DNA of 64,000 nucleotides from positions 819,501 through 883,500 of the forward strand of contig NMRA01000081.1 in the NCBI GenBank assembly GCA_002633005.1, written 5' to 3'. The position numbers and the translations under genes were made by a program. Shown piece by piece: positions 38,501 through 49,000 of this stretch. Position 1 is the stretch's first letter, and each line of letters starts with the position of its first letter. The stretch comes from Phoronis australis. Lineage: Eukaryota; Animalia; Phoronida. Below the pieces are notes generated by a model. It had not been told where the DNA came from, searched no databases, and saw nothing but the letters and a program-made list of their open reading frames with translations.

Positions 38501-41500
38501 CCCTTTTATGTAGGTTATCTGTGCATTAATCATATACCCTTGTTGTGTAGGTTCAGCCAACGTCTGGTCATGTTCAAGCAACCAATGACATGAGGTCACT
38601 GTCTGGCGGGGAACGTTCTTTTTCCACCGTGTGTTTTATCCTGTCACTATGGGAAGCCATGGAGTCACCCTTCAGATGCCTGGACGAGTTTGATGTCTAT
38701 ATGGTATGCACAGTTGAATAAATAAAGTTGAACCATGTTACAATGTATCTCCTGGGACTTACCTGGTGCAACCCAAGTTAGCTGTTTTCAGTAGATGAAC
38801 TTGTGGAATAAAACATCTTAGCTGAGTGTTACGTGGTTTTACTGCATTGCTGAATGCATTCCAGTCAATTTAACCATCCATACTTGAAAATTGTATGCTT
38901 TTTAAGTGCCACGTGTGAGCGTGCGCATGTTTGCATGTATAGGTGTGTATATGGGGGTGGGCTACATTATGCCATCTTTCATGTCCGTCTGGTATCTGCT
39001 TTTGTTTCTCCAAAACGTACTGGATGGATGTTCGTGAAATTTTGCAGATGGTACATTCAAGTGAATTTTTGGATGGATCCAAGTACCGCTGTGACTGCTA
39101 CTGGCGGTTTTATTTTGTTATTTTTGCCTCTTGCCCCTGTATCTTCAGAGTTCGTTGGCGGGTGTTCATGAAATTTGGCAAATCAGTACCTATTAAAGAG
39201 ATAACAACTCTGTATCCTTTTTTGGATTTTGTGAACATGGGCCCTTTTGTTCACATTGCAAAGAGTGGAGCTGATGATGATTTCAGACAGCTTTGACTAC
39301 TGCGGTGCCCCCTAGTTGCACTTTTGTTGTTTCTCCTAAACCTTTTGCAGGAAGTTTGCAATGATGGTGGCAACGTATGATGAGGACATTCAGACTGGTC
39401 TAACTACCGTTGTGCCCCTTTTGGCAATTTTAATTTTTTACATTAATCTTCGAAGTTTGTTGACAGATTTTCATAAAATTTGGCAAACGTGTTTCTATTA
39501 AAGAGATGATATCGTCTCCCCATTTTCGGATGGATTGGACATATAGTATGCCACCTAGTGGACATTTGTATTTTATTAGAGTTCACTTGATTTTTGGCGT
39601 CTGCCTTTCTATTGACATGTGTGATCCTACTGGAAGTGCTTGGCTGATGATGAGGTTTGGACAGGTTTGACATTTGTGGTGCCCTCTAGTGGCAATTTTT
39701 TAAGCTTTTACCTTAAATTCTGCCAAGATTCTTGATGGATCTTCGTTAACTTTATACGTGCTTCTATTGAGGAGAGTACTAGTGACATAGATTTTGGGAC
39801 AAATTCGACTTCTAATAAAGTCCCTTTGTGACAATTTTTTTTTCTTTGCATTCGTTTTCATATCTGTCAAGGTCCTTAATGAATATTCATGAATTTTGGC
39901 AGATAAGTTACTTTCACATAGACGGTAGCTCCTGCTTTAAGTTATTTCACATGGATTTGACTTTTGTTGTGACCTCTAGTGGTGTTGTTATCGTTTTTGT
40001 TATTGTGTCTATATTCTTTGTGTCTTTGTCGCCCGCCTCCCTATACTCCAAACTTCTTGAAGAATCATGATGAAAGTTGTCGGTTGTGATCCTGTTCAAG
40101 AGAGCATTGCTGTTGTGCTTTTTTACGTTTACTGGCATTGCTCTCTATAGTGGGCATGAACACCATCAACCGTGATTTATCGATAACTGTGTGCCAATAT
40201 ATTAGTGCTTGCAGCTTGACAACAGCTAATTGGCGATTTGTTGTCACTTGTATGTAATGGTTCTGTTTCTGCAGGATATGGTGAATCGTCGTGTTTCCAT
40301 GGAGATGATGTTGGAGGAGGCCCGTTCACAGCTCAACAGGCAGTTCATCTTCTTGACCCCTCTTGATATGACGTAAGTGCCGGGGACTTCCCGTGTTAAA
40401 TTAGCGACATTCCAATCTCCAAATTTTCCACTATGCCTCAGTATCTGCCGAGCTCTTTTGTGTCCTTGTTTTCGCATAATTGGAGTTCCACTTGTTATTT
40501 GTTGGTGTCATAATCTTTACAAGTTTTTCTCAGCTGCATTATGTAGTTTGTCCTTCCAGTGCCAACAAAGTATTACTGCTGTGTTATTCACTGCAAACTC
40601 CAATGGGAGAAAATTGGATAAACTTGACAAATATACAAGGATGCCTAATGTTAAGTTGTTTGTCTTCCCGGCTTAAATCAACACGATCAACGACTAGGAA
40701 ATGCAGAAAAAGTGGATTGAAAAAAGAAGTTCATCAGGCGGATTGTGAACTGAATAGAATCCCCTTTCTTGAAGATACCCTTTCGGTTTCCGAAATTACC
40801 AATTTGCTAAAAGGGCTACTTATAAGTTAAGATGTCTTCTCATAAGATATTGAAATCCAGTCACCTTCTTTAACATTGAATTCCAAGCTTGGACAATTGT
40901 ATGATGCATTTTTTGTACATATTGCTGTGCGAGCTTGAATGAGATTGCTGGTCAGTGATATGATTCAAGGTGCTGTTCTTAAGTGAATTCTGTCGTGCAA
41001 AACTTATTTTCTTACCAAATAGTGATCAAAATTAAAAGTATTCCATGGTCTTTTGGCACATAACAATGTAGCTTGTGTAGTAGTCTCAACTGTACTAAAC
41101 TAGCAAAGTGATGCAAATGTGTGAAACCTTGATTGTGGTTGGCCCAAAAAGGTTAAATAATGTTCAGGCTTGAATGATATTGGCCAAGCTTGAATAATAT
41201 TGATCATACTTGAATAATGTTGTTTGGTTAATCTTGTTGATATTAATATTCAAGCTTGTTGACATATTCTAGGCTGTATTAAAGGGGATTTCACCCTAAA
41301 ATGCTAGTCAGACCGTTACTGACACTCTCACTCAGGGTTGTAAACGATTCTGAGGTTGATCCTCTTAATTCCAAATTCGATCCCTTTAATGGTACAAATT
41401 CCATGCATGCGCCCCTTAACTCCACACATGCCAACAATCCGACATTTCCATAGGCCAAACTCCAGACCCAAACCTTGAGTGCGAGAGACTGTAGTTAAGG

Positions 41501-41909
41501 GGATAAAAGCTGGAATTTATAAGTGTGACCATGGAATTGTTTACACTGTCTGTAAATGGAATGACGGAATGCGCTATGTAAACGTTTTATTTGAATTACA
41601 TTGCCATGTGATGTATACCATTCAGCAATTTGTTAATTGTTAGTGGAATTTTCATATCCTCTCACATTTTTGTATTGCAGTAAGATATTCATCATAACTG
41701 TGTGATGGTTTCATTGATAACATCATGTGATAGTGCAGGCAACTGCCAGTCTTACCTGCAATAAAATATTCACCATCACTGTTTGTGATCCTTCCATTGA
41801 TAACGTGATATGATATTGCAGGCAACTACCAGTCTCACCAGCAATAAGAATCTTCAAGATGCCTGATCCTGACAGAGGACAAAGTGTCTTGACAAATGAA
41901 CCGCAGTGA
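8572..41909 (+). CDS. SMC6: Structural maintenance of chromosomes protein 6 (26 exons, ~1098 aa)
   Basis: Exons 8572-8742, 9200-9411, 9708-9844, 10217-10359, 11006-11107, 11550-11687, 12253-12333, 13280-13426, 13768-13856, 14317-14481, 15710-15888, 27100-27275, 28162-28188, 28499-28579, 30267-30353, 30924-31033, 32090-32249, 32537-32593, 32877-33047, 33487-33624, 34207-34334, 34731-34830, 36645-36803, 38551-38703, 40275-40372, 41822-41909 sum to 3297 nt in frame. Walker [10 protein letters not shown]-loop ILNQE, hinge PIGPIG, signature [18 protein letters not shown], Walker [12 protein letters not shown]-terminal QFIFLTP...MPDPDRGQ. Confidence 0.96.
11655..11815 (+). repeat. ~58-bp tandem triplication of the 3' end and donor of SMC6 exon 6
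   Basis: gctgcctgggccatcgtgatgggcaaggagaaggtgagggg repeated at ~11655, 11713, 11772; single N at 11782. Confidence 0.75.
12638..12816. repeat. 34-bp tandem repeat x5
   Basis: gtcagctaactacagtataaatagtt recurs every 34 bp. Confidence 0.9.
15165..15240 (+). mobile_element. tRNA-derived SINE head (degenerate)
   Basis: Pol III A-box TGGCTTAGTGG and B-box GTTCAAATCC, no cloverleaf. Confidence 0.4.
16010..17480 (+). repeat. Core satellite array: ~148-bp monomers in a ~445-bp trimeric higher-order unit
   Basis: CC(C/T)CCTAGTGG-like motif about every 148 bp (10 copies); gattgtgaaaa(t/c)tggcatgtatgttctt at ~16340, 16785, 17226. Confidence 0.85.
17856..18362 (+). pseudogene. Degenerate PIN/XPG(FEN1)-like nuclease fragment, probably transposon-derived
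   Basis: Motifs [22 protein letters not shown] and [17 protein letters not shown] resemble E-E-A-D-T / S-x-D-T-D / LH-x3-GCD of this fold; interrupted by stops and frame changes. Confidence 0.6.
19812..22028 (-). CDS. Toll-like receptor, intronless, multiple-cysteine-cluster (protostome) type, 738 aa; nested antisense in SMC6 intron 11
   Basis: Signal peptide; LRRs (LSRNKI, LAWNKI, LAHNKL, VSYNNI); WKCDC cap; LRRNT CPDGCSC; further LRRs; LRRCT NPLQCDC; TM ([20 protein letters not shown]); TIR ([25 protein letters not shown]); AATAAA downstream near 19650-19675 on - strand. Confidence 0.93.
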   Translation of the reverse strand: MECLHIFVILLCLITEVSCNCVVIRSNDKSEWKGLTSIRPLVKCFQATSLGLDGLSTRLLCTSLANITIIDVSNNSFRNIMDIKCFVRVQHINLSRNKIESLHSGDFREFRELKTVDLAWNKIKRISLEAFPWQNLQKLESINLAHNKLTELDSWYLMLNKNTFRYLNVSYNNIKTFSNSYKWDIKHSARSKGKQPKLCLDLSYNNVSQINYETILLFKIQDLFTTLYRTVTYIDLFDIDATFGNSIQTLFTGHKWKCDCDVYLFYHSFWETTCNYLIGILNEASVCQWGNERITQSFSEKCQSDVLCQKHSEKKGPDLLKCLVHYVTSIACEQFTGKRLMNLNKSELYATCTVRQNCPDGCSCIKDYTNTSITSVNCTGQHLTDLPHQMPSGNLKLYLNKNEIEELKQSRKYWKQVIVLDVSFNNISQMSHSVFRDMTNLRELYLHNNKIKEIGKEIRDVLQERKLEKTLITIQIHENPLQCDCSLQRWLKNLKFSKTYFANVTCGFTGLQSLMDYDCIINFKGILIGTACAIAVVGVLLFVGCRYRQQITIVLYNHIGVHFGHMLEQVHKYENYDAFVFYHSDIDDQRKFVREKLCADLENGTMHYKLIIPDRDFELGISFQENINVAIKKSRRCILIVSRQFIKSKTCMGVFQLAHEKNSNRKGRYLVIVKYSQIYRNDYIDSALLTKSNVLHSQYMHVGCFTDIASKQFTKKLKYMMPKPRRDRERKRDREMEE
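22260..22385. repeat. ~27-bp tandem repeat x4-5 upstream of the TLR
   Basis: ctacaccttcctgttccttataa repeated. Confidence 0.8.
23270..24405 (+). repeat. Second core satellite array, same family and orientation as 16010-17480
   Basis: Same ~145-bp monomers with CCTAGTGG/CCTATTGG motifs and gattgtgaaaatt.gcatgt. Confidence 0.85.
24788..25189 (+). pseudogene. C-terminal fragment of a ubiquitin-specific protease (peptidase C19) domain, intronless, no ATG and no Cys box
   Basis: [15 protein letters not shown], His box [11 protein letters not shown]...GGHYTCCVK...WINFDDSTV...AYIAIYE. Confidence 0.7.
25889..26044. repeat. 27-bp tandem repeat x~6
   Basis: ttataattatggccagctaaaagctag repeated. Confidence 0.9.
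27910..27970. repeat. 16-bp tandem repeat x4
   Basis: gagtcacacccatgaa. Confidence 0.8.
28035..29393 (+). repeat. ~680-bp near-identical tandem duplication containing SMC6 exons 13-14 (second copies 28840-28866 and 29182-29262), joined at a single N (28711); probably a haplotype/assembly duplication
   Basis: 28035-28710 matches 28712-29393 with scattered SNPs and small indels. Confidence 0.85.
34070..34163. repeat. 20-bp tandem repeat x~4.5
   Basis: cacatacgtgtgttggtcaa. Confidence 0.85.
35058..35558. mobile_element. hAT-like MITE
   Basis: Perfect 13-bp TIRs CAGGGCTTGGAAT / ATTCCAAGCCCTG; flanks share aagaag, but a clean 8-bp TSD is not evident. Confidence 0.7.
37491..37649 (+). CDS. SMC6: Alternative (putative mutually exclusive) SMC6 exon 23B, paralogous to 36645-36803
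   Basis: ttttctgcag acceptor, CAA|gtaat donor, 159 nt, phase 0/0, no stops; [53 protein letters not shown] aligns without gaps to exon 23A. Confidence 0.8.
38144..38550 (+). repeat. 37-bp tandem repeat x~11, each unit a copy of the SMC6 exon 24 acceptor region
   Basis: gttctctgtacattaatcatatacccctgttatgtag; the last unit supplies the real AG at 38549-38550. Confidence 0.9.
38900..40100 (+). mobile_element. Older, decayed copy of the same HINE-type core-repeat family in SMC6 intron 24
   Basis: GTCCGTC-like start, then monomers with GCCCCCTAGTTG, GCCACCTAGTGG and GCCCTCTAGTGG and ttcatgaaatttggca. Confidence 0.6.
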
Positions 41910-44900
41910 GAAGAATGGCAGCTTCTGATTGGCAATCTTACTGGTCACGTGATCAACGATTTATTAGCAGTTCTGTAGTTTATAACTTGGTTTGCATTGC
42001 ATGGTCCACTAAGTATATCTGATGTAATGTAAAGGACTCGTTATGGTTTAAGTGAAACAAAACTTTATGTTGGAGTTGCTCAATCTAAAGGTGCTATGTT
42101 TATCCTGATATGATACCGAAGGGAGATCAGTGATATTGCGCTTGTAGCAGTTGAAGATGTGCAATTATAAAAGTGTCGTCCTCATTCGGAACGAAGAGAA
42201 TAGCATGTTAAGATAATCTGTGTTTGAAAGGACAGTTGGCCCGAGTTTAGTGAAGACCAGTTAGTATACAGTGTCATATTCTTGTGCATTTTGAGCAGTC
42301 ACTTAATTTTCTACACATTTGTCTACTTTTTAAAAAAAGATCTCAAATTATGTGCTTGCTTATAAAATGTATGCTGTGCTAACCAGCAGTGGTAGCAATG
42401 TAGGTTAATCCACCGTGTCTTTTTTGTCACATGAAAGCTTTGTTTTTCACAAAGAAAGTGGGTCTTGTAAATCTCTGTTTGCTCATACATTTTACTTGCA
42501 TATTTTACTTGTTAATTTGCTATCATTGGTGTGTTTGGAATCTTTGTCTACTTTAATTATTAACCATTTCCTTATTAAAGGATGATAACTGGTATTTGGA
42601 AGCCAGGTTTACAACAAGGTCTTTCCTGGCGATTCTGAGCACCACCTGGCTGCAAGTAGTTGTTTTTCAAATGAACTTTTTAGACTTCAAACTTTGATGC
42701 ATGTCATGCTTAAACTATTTATAGCTGTGAAATAGGTTTTTCCACATAGTAAAATGTTACTGCTGCCGAAGACCTTTAGACAAGTGTTATTGTGGCTTAA
42801 TTATCTTATGGTGGGTAGTCGGGCATAATTTCTGCATAGAGATTATTACGAAATTAAGCCCAAATCATAACACTGGTGCCACAATGAAATTGATAATCAG
42901 CCACATCTTTTGTGTATCTAAGTTTGCCAAATTTGACATGTTCCAGTTTGGTGTGACATCTCTTCTGGGTGGCGTTGTATATATACACTTCGTGAAAAGC
43001 ACATTTAAAGTGAATGTAGCCAGTTTTCAAAAGGGAAATAACCCTTTTTTCCAGGGTGAAATGGGGCATGTGATATCCAAACTATTTGAAGTTCGCAGTT
43101 TTTGTTACTTAGCAAGTGAACTTGGATTATTCTCCTTTTTAAAATGCATTTTACAGATATCCTTGGCACTGCGTGGCATTGTGAAAATAAGTGCACTGTT
43201 CATTATAATACATTTATTTTAGTAACAGCAAGTTTATCCATTTATTTTGTGCACCAATCAATGATTAGAAAACATCCGATTAAGTAACACAACCCTAACA
43301 ACTGTCAATTACCTGCGAGTCACCCATGCCACCATCTCCTGTACCCAGGCACAATAAGCACATTATTTTTGTTTTGTTTTTTTCCTAAACATATCAGCTG
43401 CTTGCTCAACGAGATGCCCTGTACTTAGCTGTTGGATTTATACGACAAACACACTTCTCATGGTACTCCACACTTCTAATGGTACCCCATTCTGTTTCGT
43501 AACGTGGATACAACACCACGCAGAAGCAAGGACACAAATGAAGATAACCACATTGGTTTGGGATTTTAAACGTACAAAAGCGGCAAAGTGCATGAAACCT
43601 TTATTTCAATGCATCAGTACAAATAATTTACAACATAAATACTAAACGTATGATGAGATACAGAACCTTTTGAACAATGTGATCATAAATAAATTATGAA
43701 TAGCACCGAGACATGAATAGAATTTCCCCTGTAATATTGATGAAAGGTTAGGGGAAGGTTGAACGAACCGGTAAAAGAGGAGTAGATTACAGGAGTTGGG
43801 TACATCAGATTGTTATGGCCTCTGGCAGTATTGTTCTCCCTCGGTTCAAATATGACCAAATATTGCCCTCTGTATAGGTCCATATTTGTACAGTATTGCT
43901 CTGGTAACCTGACAAATGCATGATATAGGTGATGGAAACGATGACAACTGGGTAGAGCTCTCTAGAAAAGCAAGACTTTGCAAGATATTGCCATGTATTT
44001 TCAATGAGAGCATGTGATCTTGGTTAGATTTTTCTTGACACAAGACAGCTATTGAACTCTACCTTGGTGTCTTGTTTAGTTTCTTTCCACTGACTAGTGA
44101 TCAAAACAGTCTCAACAACATCTCTAGCAACATTAGACTGGGGTCACACCAGAATCATTCCGTTCAATGAGAGTAACACCAAAATCATGAATATCCACTG
44201 TTACAAACAGAAAATATACACTCACGCATAAGTTGGATCTAACCACACCAGCAGATTTCATCAAGTATGGAAAAATTAGACTTATCTGAAGAGTCGAGTG
44301 CACAAACTAGCATAACGGCCATACTGGATTTAATTAAAAATCTGACGTACATATACGACTCGTGCGAGATTTAAAGAAGTCAGAAACACCTAAGTGGGCA
44401 AGTCTTAACAATTATAAAAGACCATACTTTTCTACAACCTTCCAAGTGACACATTTAATACTGTAAGCTCTAAACACCTGAGCAAACAGACCTGCCAGGT
44501 TTCACAAAAAGATCTAATTGTAGACTTAATAATTATTCATATTAACATAATAAATACAAATCATAACTGACACAGATAAAAATATTTTCAAATGTACAAA
44601 AGTATTTTAATACAACATGATAGATTGTAAGCAAATTCATCAGGTGCCATCTTATAATTGCAAAAATAAAGAGAGACTGCAACTGAGAGACAGAGGCACC
44701 AATCTTGAAACAAAGATTTTAACTCTTCACAGCCAACTGTTGAGAAGTGCAGTTCCCTGTACTTATTAAATATTGACAAAACAAGGGTGGAACTACTATA
44801 ACAATTAAACATGATGAATAAAGAAACAGAAATAAGATTTGGGTAATGAGATACATAGGCCTACCTCGTCTGACATTTCGAATTCTGTTCCCAAATCAGA

Positions 44901-46068
44901 CTCATTTTGAATTTGAGTCAAAACTTCAGTACCAGACAGAATAGAAGTCATTGTGCCAATTCTAGAAAACTCAAATTTCGTTCGGATTTATTTTTATTCA
45001 GAACTTGGCTAAGCATACACGAAGACAGATATCGCATATACATTCATGCAAAGACATCCGGGGCTATATAGTAACAACTTGAAACATAAGAACCATAGAG
45101 GCTTATCTGTCCTCAAGTCTGGTGTAGTCGCAGCTTCTACAGAAAATATTTTTCCAGCTTATAATCTTCAAAAATTTTTGAAGATTTCAAGACTTAGTAG
45201 ACATTTAGCTAGTCTCTGAAAGTATATGGTATTTACCCAAAACTACAATCAAGTTCAATTTCCTAGGTTCTGATAATTTTGCAAACTACTGCACTTGTAA
45301 AATTCAAAGAAATAAATACATGATAATGCAATGCGACAGTGGCGACTATAAATGACGGTTGACTTCTGGTTGTTGTCCACAAAATGAGCATAGTTGAGAA
45401 CTATTGACAGAAATGCATTAGTACCTAAAAGTCTATGAATTCAACGCATTTGAAACCATTTTAACTGACGTGTACCAAGTGAAAAAATTACAGAACAACT
45501 ATGGTCTTCTCATCCCCATTCATCAGAAAGATTGGCATTAAGGACCTACTCCCATTCTGTCTAAAATTTTGGTTTTACCCACAACTAATTGACTAAATGC
45601 AGTGTAGACAAAATTGTCTTGCTTGTCGGAATATTTGGCAAAGTAAACACAAGTCTCATGCTTGCTACCATGGAGATATGCACATAATCTTTTTCTCAAA
45701 CCATAAATTCTGCACATGGAAAAAAAGCCCTGCAGCTCAACAAAACTTTCATGAAACTTTGATTTGATGGCACATCAATCTGCTTTAGATATGGTTGTTT
45801 GTGGTATACAAACAAGTGATTCATATTATCTTTTTCACATATATCTACCGACTGTGTAATAAAGACAATAACACAGAATAATTATTGAGATCAACCAACA
45901 TCCTATCTGTTTTACCTTACTCACCTGAAGCTGCTTCATAGCCAATGAAGCGAAAAGTCATGTTAACGCTAGGATGGCCACACACTGATATCGTAACTGC
46001 AAGTTTCTCATCTAATTTCAGTGGCTGCGAACATAAGTACTGTGTAAATCCATACAGATCTACCGATA

Positions 46069-49000
46069 CTATACAGATTTTTCTTTATCTTCCGCTTTGA
46101 CACCGTTGGCAGTCACTTTGTCATGAGGTTGCCCAGACAACGCTTTAATTGCTTCATTCACAGCAGCTACTTCCACTGCAAATGCCAGAGACTCCTGTTG
46201 GGCATCATCATAGTCTGAAGACACAGCTTCCAACTCAGTCTTGACTGTCACCCCCTCTGCTGGATGATCAGCCATTTTGTCACTGTTCTTTTCTCCCCCA
46301 CCTTTCTGTAACTGATCACTCATTGAATTCGACGATGATAAACTTTTTAATAATGGGCGACGACCTCGGCTGGTTTCTATGACAATGCCCTCTAGAAACA
46401 AAAAATGAAGGACAACAGTAAAAGAGTGTTTTCAACAATATACATCCATAGAGAGCATTTAGGGGATTTCATGTGTGGCGCCGCTGTCGTTTTCAAATGC
46501 ATTGTGGGGTGGAGGTCATTTCGAAAACATTTGGTGACATTACAGCCAACTTTTAAGATGATGCCTAAATCGCATTTTGCCATTACGAGATTTGACTTCA
46601 TTGTAATCTGATGGTATGAAACTAGAGAATTTTTATGCAAAAGACTTGCTAATCCATGTATTTGATTTGATGCATTTTGAGGTTGGCTTTCAATCATTTA
46701 TTTTCTATGATGGCTACCTTGACATATTCTCACTGTAATGTTGCAGTGGATCAGTGCTTCCAATTCTCGAGCATGTACGTGACAAGTGTTACTACCCATC
46801 ATATTGTTTACATATCACCACCTTACCTATGAGCACCACCTTACCTATGAGCACCACCTTACCTATGAGCACCACCTTACCTATGATGTCACCATATATT
46901 CATCAGGTGACGACCACGGAGATGAATTCGTCCCACAACGCATTTTTGACAAACAGCAGCAGCATTGGAGATGAAATCAAACAAAGTGACCACTAACATC
47001 TGACAGCTGTTTTTACTGGACCCACACTGTTACATATTATCTTGCAATTCAACAATATGAGGGCCAAATATTTTTCATTGTACTTCTTTTAAAAGTTTGC
47101 AGAAAATGTTGACTCTTATACAAACAGACTGCAATTTTTGTAATTCCAAACCAGTTTTACGAGTACGAAAACCACATTTTGGGAGAAAGGTGTTATTCAT
47201 TTTGATCCTGGCACCCTAAGAAAAATTGTGATTCAACTTGGTGCATATAAAACTTTCCAGAATAATCATAACACTAGTCACATTGTGTAGGTGAACCAAG
47301 GAACGGGAGAAGGCCAAACATTGACTGCGCAAACAGGGTAAGGCAGATATTTTGAATCTCCAGAGCAGAGTGGAATGTCCCCTCAAGACTGAAGCGTACC
47401 TTTCAAAGCGAGCTTTTTGATTTCTTTTCTCTTGTTAGAAAACCAGTTGGCGATAACATCAGCACACATTCTTCGGCCAGCTGAAAGTGATTTTCAGACA
47501 CTTTAAAATCTTGAAACACATGGTGTATAAAGCTGAATATAGATAAAATTCTTACCACCTGCAATTTTAGCAGAAAATTGTTCAATGCCCCACTGGAGGC
47601 ACCAAAGCACTCATACTCAGCTTCTGTAATGTCACGTCAACCGTGGGCAATAAAACTGTTTAACAACTTGGGATCTGGTGCAGTCATAATCTTACAAGAA
47701 TAATCACAACAGCAGCGTCAATGAAGTAAGTTAGTCAAGAACCCGTAATCAGGGATAATCAAACATGTGCTCAGATTTAACTCCCAAATTTGATCTCCAG
47801 GTACCCGTTTCATGAAAACTGGTCTTAAGATTTTAAGACCAAAATCTTGTCTAAGATCAAGTTAAAACCGAGGATGAAATTTCAGACGACCATTTCACGA
47901 ACACAAAGTCGGATTTTGGTCTTTGGTCTTAATTTAGACAGATAAGTTAGTTTTTGACAGAGGTGAGCACAAAATCTACATTTTTGGCACCTGTGACGAA
48001 TTCACAAAATGAAGTGAGGCAGTGTGTAAATTAGGTTTCACGAATAATCTTGGTCTTGAAACTCTAAATGGGCAATGATTTACAACTGAGATCTCCTTTG
48101 CTTGAGAAGACTTTGATATGGCAGGAAGATATCATTTCACATGTTTCACTGCACTGAGTCTACGACCTATGCCGGTTCTCAAATTGATAGCAGACAATCT
48201 TCAATTAAGGACATTAGATTGCAAAAAATATCAACGAAATTTGTTCCTCTACAGTACTTACTATAGTACTTAATTTTGGTCATTTAGGTCATAAGTCCAA
48301 ATGTTCAGCCTACTACGTAGCAGGCTAAGTTTTGGTTTTAGCTTAGACCGATTTTGGTCTTAACCTTGGTTTCAAGAAATTTTATGGAACGGGCAAAGAC
48401 ATTTTGGTCTTAACTTAGTCCGATTTCGATCTCAGTTAAGACAGAAACTGTCTCATGAAATGAGCCCTAGTTGTCTCTTGTTGCTTGGTATTCAAGTACT
48501 TCCTAGCACGATTCATTGTAACGGTACGAAACAATTCAATGAGCAACTCAAAATTAACATGGTGTCGCTAGTGAAATAACAATGAGGCTCGTAGCTATGC
48601 ATGCACTGAAGTCACATGGGGCACTTATCTCTCCAACTTCCACCTGGTAGCGTGCATTTTCCCTTTTCAGTTTCCGTATACTGCAATTTTAGATAGTTTG
48701 AAATCATTGAATCTATGTTTTGACTACATATGTTGAAGACCTTTAACCAAAACACCTGCCTTGAATAGAGCTGCACTCTTTATTACACAGTTCTGCGAGC
48801 TGTTCCCGTCGCTCCGTGCTGGGGTAATTGTCCATAAGGAATTCATTTTCCAAGATGGCTACTTGAGATGAATTGAATGTGAAGCGTTCTCGTCTGCGAT
48901 CTCTGTCATCCATCAGACTTGTACTTAAGTCTGGCACAACATGACAGCGATCCTTGGCCTGACCCAGCATGGTGTATGTGTACGGGTTTGTGGCTGCCTC

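Noticed and set aside
38144-38550. 37-bp regular repeat as a CRISPR array
   Set aside because: Units are contiguous with no unique spacers, there are no cas genes, and it lies in a eukaryotic intron.
42854-44812. Short ORFs between SMC6 and the homeobox gene
   Set aside because: No motifs or splice-consistent structure; the region fits convergent 3' UTRs (AATAAA on the - strand near 43600).
46754-46996. ORFs with periodic TTLPMS / YEHHLT peptides
   Set aside because: Produced by an 18-bp intronic minisatellite.
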